In this document: piece by piece, positions 24,901 through 37,306 of the stretch | Layout of the letters: every line of letters starts with the position of its first letter | Position numbering within the stretch: the stretch's first letter is position 1 | Source of the DNA: Felis catus | Taxonomy: Eukaryota | Assembly (NCBI RefSeq): GCF_018350175.1 | Contig: NC_058384.1 | Span: 67,332,001 to 67,396,000 of the forward strand | Reading direction: 5' to 3' | DNA: 64,000 bases | Translations under genes and position numbers: made by a program | Notes under the pieces: model-generated | Seen by the model: the letters and a program-made list of their open reading frames with translations, nothing else | Told to the model about the DNA's origin: nothing | The model's database searches: none

Positions 24901-26440
24901 GTAACGAAAAAGGAAAGTAGGTGAGGGAAGCGGTCAATTCCACCCTGCATGTGAGAACTCGCCCATGTCCAGGTATCCGGGTGCGAGCAGGTTGCTAGTT
25001 CAGGTGGGGAGCTTCCAGTCTGCTGGGGTTGATTCTGAGAATCCTTGGATTTTTAAATTGTAGGACAAATAGATGAGGGGCTCGGTCCCCAGGGTCTTTG
25101 AAAGATGGCATTGATCATTTCAACCGCATGGGAGCTGGGCGGGGCGGCAGAGAAGGTGAGCACATTTCTCCTGCTCTGTGCCCTTGCACCTGGGGGCCTG
25201 CCATCAGGCGCATCCCTGGTCTCTGCAGAGCAGCCCTTACTCCAAAGTGGGGTGTCCTCTCGGGGTCTCAGGGAGGGTGGAGCCTGCTTCTCCCAGGCCC
25301 AAGGAAGTCCTTCTTGAAGAGTAGCCTCCATCCACCCCGCTACGGATTGATTCAAGAGCCTGGTAGGTCATTCTAGAAACAGATTCGCACACGCTCCCCA
25401 CGGTCGTAGAGCTTCGAGAGGACTGAGGGGGTCGGCACCCCCGTCCTCGTTCCTATCCAATATTCCACGTAGCTTTTGGCCTCCGAGGCGGTGGTGGAGG
25501 TCGCAATCTCGGTAATGGTTCTTTACAGCTGCCCTGTGCCCCTTTTCTCCACAGGTTTGCTGTATTGTCTCAAAGAAGTTAGACTCCAAGAAGGACTTCC
25601 CACCACTGGGGTACAGGGGAGATGCTGTCCTTGAAGGCCTGGGAGAACAGGGCTCCCAGGGGTACGAAGGCAGGGGGAGGGCAGCAGGGACTTCGGGGGA
25701 CCCTGCCTCTACCCCTGTGTTTCAGCCCACCCCCAGCTGTGAGCGGTCAGGTAGAGGCCACCCGCCGAGCCCTGGCCTGGGGGACAGCACCCTCCCCACA
25801 GAAGACTGGGGAGCTTGGCTTTTGCATGTAAGAAACCCGCGAATCTTTCTTAGCACTTGCCTTCTAGCGGCCCCAGCTCAGGGTGGGCCCTCCTGTCCGA
25901 GGGGGTGGCGGGGGCCCCTCAGCTCTGCTTTGGGCACGTGGAGGCTGCTCCTTGACACCAGTGACTCCGTCATGCCCCTCCCTGGCCCTAGGCCCGCCCC
26001 CATCACATCTCCCTCTCCCCAATTTACTCTTCTCACCCCACCTAGGGAGATCCCCCCCCCCTGCTCTTTTTGTCCTAGAAACCCCGCTAGTTCGGGAAGG
26101 TAGTCTGGGGTGGGGAGGGCTTCCCCTTCCCACTGGAGGGTGCGGGTGGGGTAGGGTGGGGGGGGGAGACGGCCCTGGGGCAGGGGGACGGTCTCTCCAC
26201 TGTAGAAAGTAGCGTAGGATTGTGGTCAGACTTAATTTGAGGCATCTAGCGAAGACACATACAAACCCACCGAGGAAAAAGATTTCAAAAGCAAAATAAA
26301 GGCGGGAAATGAAACGGACCCATGAATAATCAAGTCAAAGTAATGTTGCACAAAATGCAGAGAAACCAAGAAGGGGGAGGGTTAATGTATTAAATGTGCT
26401 ATTAAGAACTTAATTTTATTAAAAGTATTATTAATTAAGG
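21910..26440 (+). other. MEX3A: MEX3A long 3'UTR (about 4.5 kb, two N-gaps at 23948-24289 and 24626-24810)
   Basis: No SINEs in the visible sequence between the stop and an AT-rich end carrying AATAAA 26295-26300 and ATTAAA 26418-26423. Confidence 0.7.
26295..26423 (+). terminator. MEX3A polyadenylation signals
   Basis: AATAAA at 26295 and ATTAAA at 26418 in an AT-rich island. Confidence 0.65.
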
Positions 26441-27245
26441 CTCTGGCCTCTTTCTCTGCATCAGAGTCTGACCCACTGTGGGCTGGGTGAGGGGGTTTTC
26501 TCAGGGGTGACTGGGTGCCCTGCCCCCCCCCCCCCCCCCCCCGTGCAGTGCAGGGGAGGGACAGCTCCCACTGCTGTCTACAGCTCCCTGCTTGAGTCTC
26601 CAGGTGCTCAGTCCCCTCCTGGGGGTGGGTAGGGGTGGAGGGGTGCATGCACCCTGTCCTGCAGAACAGGGGAAGGTGAGGCTGGGTGACACAGACCCTG
26701 CTTGGACAGCTTGGACTCCCCCTCCCACCCTGCCAGGTTGGACACCCCCTTTCCTCTGTGGGTCTGGGGGGCGGTCGGGCGGCAAGCTGGATGTGAGACT
26801 TGGACCTTCCACCTCCCAGGCTTCAATCTTGCCCAGCACACGCAGGCTGGCCCTGCCTCTCCCTTCCCTCCAACCCCTCCCCTGCCTCCTCCCCTCACCC
26901 CTGGCATTGGAGCGACCTCAGTTCTTGGCATCAGGGCCCTGGGCACCAGATGGTACCTGCCGGTGATTTCCTTTGTCTCTCCTTCCAGATACCCCATCTT
27001 GGCCCTGCTGTCCTCCCTCCCCCACCTGCTCTGGGGGTTGGCACAGGGAAGGCTGGGCACCTCCCGCCCCCTTGGCACTGTCCCCAGACCACAGGACTCT
27101 AGAGGCAGCTGGCCCCGGGGAGGGGGGGGGGCGGTGGGTGTGGTGGGGAGGGGAAGGAGGGGGAGGGAAGCCCAGAGGGGCCAGAGGTGAAGGGGAGTCA
27201 GGGATGGGAGCAGCAGGATGGCCAGACGTTGGTACAAAACACAGC

Positions 27246-27251
27246 TTTATT
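27246..27251 (-). terminator. RAB25 polyadenylation signal
   Basis: TTTATT on + (AATAAA on -), about 210 nt after the stop, followed by U/G-rich sequence. Confidence 0.8.
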
Positions 27252-27463
27252 GGAAGACTGAGTGTGTGTGGCGGGGGAGCAGGCAATGGAGACATGGCAG
27301 GTGGGGGGACCGTGCTGACCTCAGGGCCCTGTGGTCTGTGGGGCTGGGAGCAGGGAAGCATCCGCTCCGACATCGACATCTGGAACCACCACGGGGCAGG
27401 GGCAGGTCCCCGAGCCGGTGGCGGTGGGGTAAGCCTTGGGGGCAGGGTTGGTGTGAGCCCAGG

Positions 27464-27591
27464 TCAGAGGCTAATGCAGCAGGCCCTCTTCTCACCAGGG
27501 CCCGGCTCCTGCCCAGCCTGGGCACCGCCCAGGGTGATGGCGTGGGTCCGGGTGCTGTTCTGCCTCTGCTTGGACACTTTTGCGAAGATCT
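27464..27591 (-). CDS. RAB25: RAB25 exon 5 (last coding exon)
   Basis: ccctcag|AG ATC TTC. EIFAKVSKQRQNS...EKRACCISL-TGA, with a CCxxx prenylation motif. Confidence 0.96.
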
Positions 27592-27641
27592 CTGAGGGGG
27601 CGGAGGACAGTGATTGGGTCAGAAGACTGAGAACCCATGCT

Positions 27642-27678
27642 ACACACACACACACACGCACACACACACACACACACA
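27642..27678. repeat. Imperfect (CA)n microsatellite in RAB25 intron 4
   Basis: Seen directly in the sequence. Confidence 0.95.
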
Positions 27679-28016
27679 CCCCACACTGGCCTTACCGAGC
27701 ACTGGGTGTGGCCACACAAGGAGGTTTTGCTGGAAGGAAATGGAGTTTGGGCACCTGAGTCCCTTCTACTCACCTGGGTGAAGGGCTAATGCTTAGCTCC
27801 CTGCGAAGTGTAGCGTTCTGGTTCCTTCCCCAAGCCTCAGGCTTGGAGAGGAGAGGGCACTAGGGAGGCTCTGAGGAGGCTGGGGGGGCCCCCAGAGGGG
27901 CTGAGGGATCATCCGGGGTGGGCAAGGGCTGGGCGTCTGCATTCCCACTGCTGCCCACAGGAGCCTCAGGGACGGGATGGGGGGGGGCGTTGCCAAATGC
28001 AGGCAGGGGCTCTAAC

Positions 28017-28097
28017 CTTTGAGGACAGTCTCAAACGCCAGCTCAACATTGGTGGAGTCCAGGGCTGAGGTCTCCAGGAATAGCAGTCCATTGTTTT
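28017..28097 (-). CDS. RAB25: RAB25 exon 4
   Basis: ENNGLLFLETSALDSTNVELAFETVLK (G5 ETSA motif). Flanked by AG and GT. Confidence 0.96.
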
Positions 28098-28494
28098 CTG
28101 GCAGGAAAAGAAACACAATAATAATAATATTTACTTAATGTTTACTATGTACATTCGCAATGTGCTAAACCCTTGGCACGTGTTGCTGATTTAACACTTA
28201 AAACAACCTGTGAGGTGGGTTTGAATATCATCCCTTTTTTACAGAAGAGGACAGAAGACCAGAAACACCGAGAGCGTCCACAAAGGACTTGCTCACTGTC
28301 CCCTATCTAGTGAGGCTGGGCCATGGGACGCCAGAGCCTGCACCCTTAACCGCTGTGTCCTGCTGCCTCTGACCCCATAAGACTCCTGGGGAGGGCGTCA
28401 CTGGAGATGGCCATGGAGATCTGGATCCCTGAGTGGCCTGGCCTCTAACACCAATGACAAAATTATTGCCCATAAAGACAATCTTGGGGGGGGG

Positions 28495-28700
28495 GGGCGG
28501 GCTCATGGGGAGCTCAGTTGGTTAAGCATCCAACTCATGGTTCGCGAGTCCGAGCCCAGAGTCAGGCCTCTGTGCTGACGGCTCGGAGCCTGGAGCCTGC
28601 TTCGGATTCTGTGTCTCCCTCGCTCTCTGCCCCTCCCCCACTTGTGTCCTGTCTGTCTGTCTGTCTGTCTCTCTCTCAAAAAATAAATAAGTAAATAAAG
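28495..28700 (+). mobile_element. Can-SINE (RAB25 intron 3)
   Basis: GGAGCCTGGAGCCTGCTTCGGATTCTGTGTCTCCC core and AAAAATAAATAA tail. Confidence 0.88.
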
Positions 28701-28911
28701 ACAACGTTGGGGCAAGCGGTGAAACATAATGAGGGACGCAGGGTCCGGAGAAGGGGAGTGCTGAGAGACTGGGAGAGAGGTGAGGGAGGTAGGGGAGCCC
28801 ACGGAGGAAGTCCAGGCTGGGGCCCTAGGGTGGGAGCAGGGGCCGGGAGGCAGGAGCTGGATGGCACGGGCCGGGCTGGGGGGGCCGGACTGGGTGGTGG
28901 AGGGCTCTCAC

Positions 28912-29105
28912 CAGCGAACATTCGGGCCTCTTCAGTGGGCACCTCCCGGGCCTGGCTGAGGTCACTCTTGTTGCCCACGAGCATGACGACAATGGTGGCC
29001 TCGGCGTGGTCATAGAGCTCCTTCAGCCAGCGCTCCACCACGGCATAGGTCTGGTGCTTGGTCAGGTCAAACACCAGTAGGGCCCCCACCGCACCTCGAT
29101 AGTAC
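28912..29105 (-). CDS. RAB25: RAB25 exon 3
   Basis: [20 protein letters not shown]...VGNKSDL (G4). Flanked by AG and GT. Confidence 0.97.
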
Positions 29106-29355
29106 CTGCGTGGGGGGCGGCAGGAGCGACAGAGGCAAGGTCAGAGCACAGCCCTCGAGCCGAAAGGTCAGACACGAGACCAGAGGTGGGGTCATATGAA
29201 AGCTGAGGTCCAGGGACCCAAACCTAGACAGGGCAACTCCAGGGTCCTGTGTCTGATGCCGAGAGCCCTCCGGGTCACCAGTATTGCAGCCTCCAGAGTC
29301 ACCTTCCTTCCTTCCTCCCGCTTTTTCTAGCCCACTGTTTCCTTGGGTCCTCTGT

Positions 29356-29502
29356 TCTTTTTTTAAAGTTTATTCATTTATTTGGGGGGGGGGAGGGGCA
29401 GGGAGAGAGAGGGAGACCGAGAATCCCAAGAAGGCTCGGCACGATCAGGACGGAGCCCCGTGTAAGCTCGAACTTACAATTGTGATCGTGACCTGAGCGC
29501 CC
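29356..29502 (-). mobile_element. Degenerate Can-SINE (RAB25 intron 2)
   Basis: T-rich tail then gagagagg...gaatcccaag...gatcgtgacctgagc, in reverse orientation. Confidence 0.75.
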
Positions 29503-30293
29503 CTTGGGTCCTTCGTTCTGATGTTAGCCCTGGATGGCCACCAAAGAGCACCTGCGCCCCACTCGGCCTCCTGGATGCCCCTTTCGGCGGGCACGTTCCT
29601 CACGTGGCTCCTGCACCCGCACCGCCCTCGTCTCGCTCGCGGCCACCTCTCTAGGACCAGCTACAAGCCCACCCCACGCAGCAGTCCCTGAGGTGACCAT
29701 CTGAGGCACCCCTGCAGGCATCCAGCCTCACTCCTGGGGTGAGATGGGGCTTTTTCAGGCTGTGATATCTGATTCTTCCGTTTTACTCATGTGTCAACCG
29801 AGGCTCAGGAGAGGCCAGGGGACCAGCCCAGGAGTGGCGAGCGTGCGTGTGACCGAAGCCCTGGACTCCTGCTTCCTGCCTCTTGGCAGGTGCTGTCCTC
29901 CGTCACACCCACAGACCACCCCCCTCGCGTCCAGCCGGACACTGGCAAATGTCTTGCATGGGCGTCCGGAGGCGGAAGGTCCTCCGTACCCCGAATGTTT
30001 GTAAAATGCAGCTGAAGGGTCCAGCCCTTCAGGTCTGTGATGAAATGGCAGCGGTTGCTGAGTGTGAAGCAGAAGGGAGTCAGGAAGGGCTCAGGGGCGG
30101 CTGCTTCCCCTGCCACTAGCAGCCGGGGTCGCTGCGTCCTGCCCCCGGCTGCGTGGCTCACGGCACCTACCCGTGTCTCGCCGGGGCCACGGCGTCCCGG
30201 GATCCCCCCAGTGCGCACGGGGCCCGTGGCCTCTGCTCCACAGGCCCTCCCTGACTTCCCCAGCGCCCCCCCCCCCCCAGCCCCCAGGCTCAC

Positions 30294-30489
30294 GCGGAGG
30301 TGATGGCCCGGTACCGCTCCAGGCCGGCCGTGTCCCAGATCTGAGCCTTAATGGCCGCGGTGCCCAGCATGACCGTGCGGGTGGAGAACTCAACCCCGAT
30401 GGTGGTGCGGCTGTCGTGGCTGAACTCATTCCGTGTGAATCGGGACAGCAGATTGGTCTTCCCCACGCCTGACTCACCGATCAGCACCA
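30294..30489 (-). CDS. RAB25: RAB25 exon 2
   Basis: [13 protein letters not shown]-loop, TIGVEF, and WDTAGLE (Leu at the switch II Gln position, diagnostic of RAB25). Confidence 0.98.
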
Positions 30490-33114
30490 CTGAGGGGGCA
30501 GAGAGACAAGGGCTGAGCTCGGGGGTCTGTCCATCCGGAAAGGGAGCTGAGCTCGGGAAACTGAGGGGGACCCAGGGGACTGCAACTCTGCAGGACCCAT
30601 CCTCCCCGGGTGAAGGGCCGAGAGTCTGAAATGGGCTGCGGGCCCGTAAGGCTTCTTGGCCTGGTCCGTGGAGACACGACCGCGCGGTCAGCCCCCATTT
30701 CTGTGATGGGGTGCCGTCTGTCTGTGGGGGTCAGTGTTCAGGGGCCGTGAGGCTGGCAGGGTGTGTGAATGCGGACAGAGACGTAGGCACGCTGGGGAGC
30801 GTGACAGCGCCGTGCCTGTGTCTGTGTGTGAGCTGTGAGGACGAGGAGGAGGCTGGGCGTGCACGTGCGCACACGCGTGTGGGGAGCCGTCGTGTGAACG
30901 GAAATGTGGGGAGAAGAATGTTCGGCGGGTGATCCTCACGGAGGGACACAGGTAAGGACATGATGGGGCCGGGTGTTGGACCGGCCCACCCTGACCTCTG
31001 TCGTATGACAACTGGGAATAGTGATACTATCTATTTTACCGGTTGTTGCAAGAAATAAGTGAGATATCGCCCAGGCTGGAGTGAGTGTGCCAAAACCCGT
31101 TACCATCGTGATCGTTGTCGGCAGGCCGGTGTTGTCACCGTCAGGTTTCCAGAGCCAGGATCCACCGGTGGGGCCACAAAGAGCCTCGGGGCCGGTGGAA
31201 AGCGTCCAGGGCCCAGGTTTACCCACCGCGGGTGAGCGAGGGGCTGGAGGAGGGCGAGGGGGCCGATGCAAGCATGACCCGCTAATTGCGCAACGCTGAG
31301 CACGCATCCAGCGTGACGGGAGGCCCCCCCAGGTTCTGGAAAAGCAGGCTGGCGCCTTGGGAGCCACACGCTCTGGGCGCTGCTCCCCACTCGGCCTCTC
31401 ACTAGCTAGTGACCTCGAACAGGTGGCTCAGTTCTTCTGGCTTTCAGTTTCCTCGTTTATAAAATGCGTCAAAGCCCCTCAGACTTGGGCAGGGCAGGAA
31501 AGAGCTGGGAGCAGCGTGGGGGTGTGTCCCTGCCTCCTCCCCATCTCCCCCCTCCCGGTGGGAGGGGCTCAGCCTGTCCTCAGGCCCAAGAGGTGCTCAG
31601 GGCAAGGGCTTTGGGGTCCGACAGACCCGGCTTCGAGTACGGGCTGGGTGACCATTTGTCCTGTCCTCGGCTGTGAAACGGAGACGCTGACTGTTCACAC
31701 GGACTGAGCGCCTACTACGTGCCGGACGCCATCGTAAGAGCTTTACGCACGTTCACTCGTGTAATTCTCGCCTTGGTGCCACGAGGCAAGGCCAGTATTA
31801 TTATCACCCCATGTTTACAGACGAGGAAACGGAGGCACTTGGGCTTCGGTGGCTGCCACCGCTGGTGTGGCAAACGCAGAGGCGCCCTGCGGGGGGCGCT
31901 GGTTGGCCTCGCTTGAGGCCCTGGCGGTCCTGGGCCGCCTGCACCCAGCGTCCGGGCCAGGCCGGGGGCACAGCGCTCCCCGCCCTCGGCCGAGGCTTTG
32001 TGACCCTGGGCCGCACAAAGCTTCTCCCCGCCGCTCGGTCTTGCTTCCCCTCCCTTCCTTGCACCGGTGTTGATCCACAATAGACGTCTCATACCCCAGA
32101 CTTCTTAGAGTCAGCTTCCGGAGACCCCAACCCGCACCAACTAGTGACCGACAGAGCTGCCCTCTCACAGTCGATCTGGCCCCTGACCGCTTTCAGAAAG
32201 AGAGATGCATTTTGGGGTTGTTACGGTGGCCAACGAGCCAGAGCGGGCACACGCTGAGGGCTCAGTAAAGGGCAGTTTCTAGTAGCACCGTTTGTCCCAG
32301 CCTCCCCTTCCTGGGAGAGAGGCCGGGACAGCACGGCTCCCCCGGCCCCAGCAGCCCGAGCCCCAGCTTGAGCGAGGGCGGGGTTGAGGCCGGGAGAGGC
32401 GGCGGGGTGGGGTGGCTGGGCCGGGAACGACGGCTCTGCCAGGGAACCCCGCCCTGGAGGAGGGGTGCGTGGGGGCTGGGGACACCAGAGGGTCCGACGC
32501 AGGGGCTGAGGTAAAGGAGCGGGAAAGGTCATGCTCCCGGGGCCAGCCAGGTTGAACCCAGGCGCCTGCTATTGGGCCCGCGGGGGCTGCCGAGGGACGG
32601 CCGACGGGGCCCCAGCCCTCAGTCTTCCAGGTTCTATTGGACCCTGCTCTCAATTTATGAGATCTTCCCTGTTTTCACCCCAAAATGGACAAGGCGCTCC
32701 TTCTCTTTTCTTTCCTGCACACGCACCCAGAGACAGGACTTTCTTCCTCTGGAAGTTGTTTCCTCTTTCTCAGGAGGGAAGTCCTCCCTGAGGTCTGACC
32801 TCCACCTCCTACGCTGTGGTGGCTGACGACTCTTAGGGATGTGGGCTTCCTCTGCGAAGGGAGCAGAGGGGCCTAACTCGGCGCTACGCAGCCTTGCTCA
32901 ACATCCTTATTTACAGCAGCAGAGCCTTCCCGAAGCCCCAGGACTTTTGCCCTAGTAACCGGACCCTCCCCAACTCCCTGCAGCTTCCTTTCTAACCCAA
33001 AACGAATGAGGAGCCCTCAGGGGTCCAGGTGAGAGATTAAAAAAAACAAAAACAACAGAACGGGGCGGGCGCTTTCAGGCTCTGCGGTCTCTTTTTTTAT
33101 AGACCCCAACTCAC

Positions 33115-33157
33115 CCTTGAAGACAAAGTTATAATCTTCCTCGGCTCTGTTCCCCAT
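33115..33157 (-). CDS. RAB25: RAB25 exon 1 (coding part)
   Basis: ATG GGG AAC AGA GCC GAG GAA GAT TAT AAC TTT GTC TTC AAG G|gtgagt. The five exons sum to 642 nt = 213 aa plus stop. Confidence 0.95.
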
Positions 33158-33349
33158 CTTGGCTCCACATGGAGGGTACGAGTGTCCTCAGGGACAGAGG
33201 TGACGGGACTATGCGTTGGCGCAGTGCCCTCAACCCTCAGCTCTCCAGAGACCTGGGTCCGCGCCTCCTCTCATTGGGGGTGAAGAAACTTCTGCAGGCA
33301 GAGGGACTGAGGGCGACTTCAGACTGGGCAGGGCCCTGGAGGCTCAGCG

Positions 33350-33630
33350 CTGGCAGGTGGGGTGCTGCGAGGAAGCCGAGGGGACGGAAGCTGAGAACAG
33401 GAAGAGCAGGCGGCAGGAGACCTGGGGCCCAGGTGGGTGGAGAGACGATGACGTCAGACAGGTTAGGCAGGTTGGGTGTCTGCTCCCAGCCTGGGCTCCC
33501 GCAGCGGGGCGGGCCGGCAGGGGGTGTGGGGGGGGGGGGCTGGGGTTGGGGGAGGGGAAGCTGGGGCCCGCACGGCACCTGCAGAGAGCCATGCTGCTAG
33601 GCTCCTGGGACCCGGGATACACCTGGGTGG
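33350..33630 (-). promoter_or_regulatory. RAB25 proximal promoter: CRE, GRHL-like sites and CAGGTG E-boxes
   Basis: TGACGTCA at 33449-33456, adjacent ACAGGTT and GCAGGTT, CAGGTG at 33354 and 33430. Confidence 0.55.
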
Positions 33631-34544
33631 CCACCAATGACTGAGAAATAGCCTCTCAGGGAACGGAAACCTATTGGCCTCCTGCATTTCCTTCGGACCT
33701 TCCGGGAGGGGTAACTGGGGGCAGGAGGGGAAGGGCTGTTGGGGCGAGGGGCTGGGGCTGACGGCTGCCCATCGCTCCCAGAGTTCGGGCAGCTGCTCCT
33801 CCCGAAGGCCCAGGGCCTGGGATGGGCGGTGTCCCCCACCCTGGGTGGAGCTGAAACTCGCCACCTACCTCTCCCCTGGGATGGGTCCCTTCCTAAGGCC
33901 CTGGGCTAGGGGCTGGTGGTTCCCTTTCCACGCCTGCTCTAGAGACCCAGGGTACGGGGGAGACCCGGAGAAGTACATGGAGCGAGGAGTTTGAGCGCCG
34001 GGCAGGATCTAGAGATGAAGGGCTTTGAGAGCTTCTGGATTGCTTATACTCCCGCCCCGGGATCTCAGGCCTCACGAGGAAGCCATGCCGTCTGCACAGG
34101 GCCTTGATGTCTGGAGGGTCTGTGTGAGCCCTTGCAGGTGGCTAGCAAGCACTCTTCCAACTCCAAGAGCAGAAAAGGCATTCTACCCCCCACCCCCCAC
34201 CGCCAAGGTGGGACCGGAGGACACTGGATCTGCAGGGCCCCATAATCTTGCTGACAAGACCCCCACGGGCGCCCCGCTCCTCCAAGATCACTTGCAACGG
34301 TGTGACAGTCGGACGGGTAAACTCACTCCCAGCGGCAGGGCCGATGATACGTCCTGTTGCTGGAAAGGCCAAGGCGGCTAAGGCATCACTGCGGGAGCCA
34401 CTTGGCTGCCAGAGGGCAAGGTGAGGGGCCGGCAGGAGTCGCAGGCCCTCAGGGGTCTCCAGAGCACTCCGTGCTCCTTCCCACCTCTTTGGACTCCTCC
34501 CATTCAAGAAAGCAGCCATCACGCAAAGTAGATAGGAGTTCAAG

Positions 34545-34550
34545 TTTATT
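34545..34550 (-). terminator. LAMTOR2 polyadenylation signal
   Basis: AATAAA on -, about 110 nt after the stop. Confidence 0.8.
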
Positions 34551-34660
34551 CTTGGAAAAAAGTCTCAGCCTCCGGAACCGTCCAGAAAGGTTTCCCCAGG
34601 GAGCCCCGCCCCTCCAAATGATCACTGATCTTTTCTGACCCCAGCTCCAACCGAGGCTCG

Positions 34661-34717
34661 CTATGATGCCGCCACTTGGGTAAGGGGCTCCTCCAGGTAC
34701 TGCACCAAAGCCTGGGC
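34661..34717 (-). CDS. LAMTOR2: LAMTOR2 exon 4
   Basis: cttgcag|AQALVQYLEEPLTQVAAS-TAG. Confidence 0.97.
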   Translation of the reverse strand, partial: AQALVQYLEEPLTQVAAS

Positions 34718-34918
34718 CTGCAAGAGGGGAGGAGTGATCAGGCCCGCACAAGTCTGCCACCAGAGGAGTCCCAGTCTACGTGGGCTCCTCCGCTGGGCGC
34801 CCCGCCCCCACCACACACAGGCTGGGTGACAGGACTCCAGGAAGGCGATGGGGTGGGAGCGGACAGTGAAAAGCCCAGGCCTGGGCCCAGGGCTGCAGAC
34901 AGAGGGGCACGTACACAC

Positions 34919-35008
34919 CTTGGCCTTGAGCATCCCGAAGCCCACGGTCTCCTTGGCGTACATACACAGCAGGAGGTTGGCCACCCGCGTGATGGCTACA
35001 CGGCCCTC
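34919..35008 (-). CDS. LAMTOR2: LAMTOR2 exon 3
   Basis: EGRVAITRVANLLLCMYAKETVGFGMLKAK. Flanked by AG and GT. Confidence 0.97.
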
Positions 35009-36828
35009 CTGGTGGGGCGAGATCACGGGATGTAATGTTCTGCCTGGCACCTTTAGCCCTTTCCCCCAGGGCTCCTCTTCAGAAAGGTTATCTTCCTTCC
35101 ATGCCCTGGGCATGGCAGGAGCTCCAGACCAAGGGCTCTGGCCACAGCCCTGGACGTGGGATCCTGAGTTCAGATTCCAGCTTCAGCACAGCTCTCTACG
35201 ACTTACTATGGGACACTCAATCTCCCAGCCGCTTGGTTTCTCTTTCTGCGACCCGCCCCCCCCCCCCCACCTCATCCCAGCTGGTAAGGGTACCCAGGAG
35301 GGGGTTTTGAATCTGCAAAGGGCTGTCCACATGGGTGATGTTTTTACTGTGGGTTCACCCCAACCAAAGACACTGCGAGGAGCTAGGGAGCAGTAGCCTA
35401 AGGTAGAGTTCTCTTTTCCCCCGTGGTAATGTTTCTCAAATAGCAGGTCTGACTCTAGGGTTAGATCAGTTAAGGAGATGGATTAGCATTTAAAAGAAGA
35501 GAAATGGAGTGCGTTGCATGCGGTAAGGGAAGTACTGTTTCGAGAAACTTTTGTTTTAGTGGGGGGGGGGGGAGGGGCATGCATTGGGCTCTGACTTAAA
35601 AGGCATTTCTTACAGCTGGGGTGTGGACAAGATGTTGGAAAACCACTGCTCGACAGCACCAACCCCAGGTTAGGCACGAAGAAGGAGTCATCAGCTGAAC
35701 TGAAATGGCGTCCTTGGTTGGGCATGGGGCGAGGATGAGGCAGACAGCCCGGTTACAGTGGGTTACAGCCCAAATCCTTCGGGGAGACTTCACTCTTGGG
35801 CCTTTTCAGTTTGGTTCGCGAACTTTCCCTGGCCATCTGCTGTGTGCTGGGAGCCAGGTGCTTCACTCCCTGCCTCTCTGGCCTCACCTCTACTCACCTC
35901 CCCCACTCCCATGCTGTACCAGCTACATCAACCTTGTCCATCCTTGACCAGATGCTACTCTGCCTCAGGGCCTTTACGCTTGCCTTTGTCAAAAATGTTC
36001 TTCCCCCAGACAGCCACAGGGCTTGCCAACTTCCTTCAGATCTCTAATGAAATGTCACTTTTCCAGTGAGATGGTCCCTGACATACGCCCCACCTCACTT
36101 CCTTTCCCATCGCATTTTCAATACCTAACATCCTAGTTTTTTAACTTAGACGCGTTTTACAGCACACACAAAACCGTGAGCTTCTGTGAGGAGTTAGAGC
36201 TGCAGTTTTTTGTTCCATTTGCTACTTTTTCCCTAGTCCTTAGAACACTGCAGGGACGTAAACATTTGTTGGCCCAACAAACACAAAGGTGAGCGAAACA
36301 GTTTCTGTCCCCCGGAACTTCGCCGTCTAATGGCTACTTCCCCTTTCTAGACTGCAGCTGTTTTCTGTAAACGGAAGGAACAGGCCCAGGGTCTGGAGAC
36401 TCTGCTGTGCTGCTGTGCTTCTGTGAGTCTGCGAATCTGGGATGATGACACCGCACAGCTTACGTCCTTTCTTTTGGTCTTCACGACAACCTGTGTGCAT
36501 GTGTGCACAGGTAATCGGTCATCGGACGGATTACCGCTTCCACCTTGGAGATGTGCTAGGGAAGCTTAGAGAGGTTGAGTGACTTACCCGAGGTTCCACA
36601 AACGACAGGTGGCTGGCTGACACCAGACGCCCAGTCAGACCCTGGGTCCCTGGCTCCTTCCTCACCACCACTTGAGGCACAGGGTCCTGCCCTACCATAA
36701 TGCAGCAGCAGACCAACTCTTAGCCCTCAGAGATCCTGTCCCTGCCCCTCCAACCATCCAGGATGGGGTCCAGGTCGCCCCATGGGGATCCCCTTGGGGG
36801 ACAGAGGAAGTGGCTCTCCTCTCCATAC

Positions 36829-36991
36829 CATGCAGTCCATGAGGATGAATTTGAGATTGTCTTCATTAAACGCCTGGTTCCCGTTCCGGTCGTAGGCGGC
36901 CCAGATGTTGCTGGCGATGGCCGCGGTGACCCGGGCGTCCGTATCCCCGTAACCGGAGTAAGCCAGCAGAGAGCCCTCGTTATTCAGCAGC
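36829..36991 (-). CDS. LAMTOR2: LAMTOR2 exon 2
   Basis: [54 protein letters not shown] (roadblock domain). Confidence 0.98.
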
Positions 36992-37238
36992 CTGGCGAGT
37001 GGCGGCAAGGGGTTCGGACGTGCCCGCGGCGGCGACAAAAACGTCCCAGCTCCCGCCGGGGCGCTTGCAGAAAGCAGGGGTCTGGGCAGAGCCTGTCCAG
37101 AACGTGCCCCGGGATCCACGCTCCGGTCTCCCCCCACCCCCACCCCTCCGGCCGCGGCCGCCCCGCCTTCCTCCCCTCCCCGAGACCCTTCCCCAGCGCG
37201 CCCCGGGCTCGCCGCTCGCCTGCTCCGTCCGCACTCAC

Positions 37239-37306
37239 AGCGTGCTCTGGACACCGCCGGTGTTGGCCTGGCTTAACACCTGGGTCAAAGCCTTGGGACG
37301 CAGCAT
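37239..37306 (-). CDS. LAMTOR2: LAMTOR2 exon 1 (coding part)
   Basis: [23 protein letters not shown]|gtgagt. The four exons sum to 378 nt = 125 aa plus stop. Confidence 0.97.

Noticed and set aside
30315-30340. WDTAGLE instead of WDTAGQE as a novel activating mutation
   Set aside because: This Leu is the normal, known residue in RAB25.
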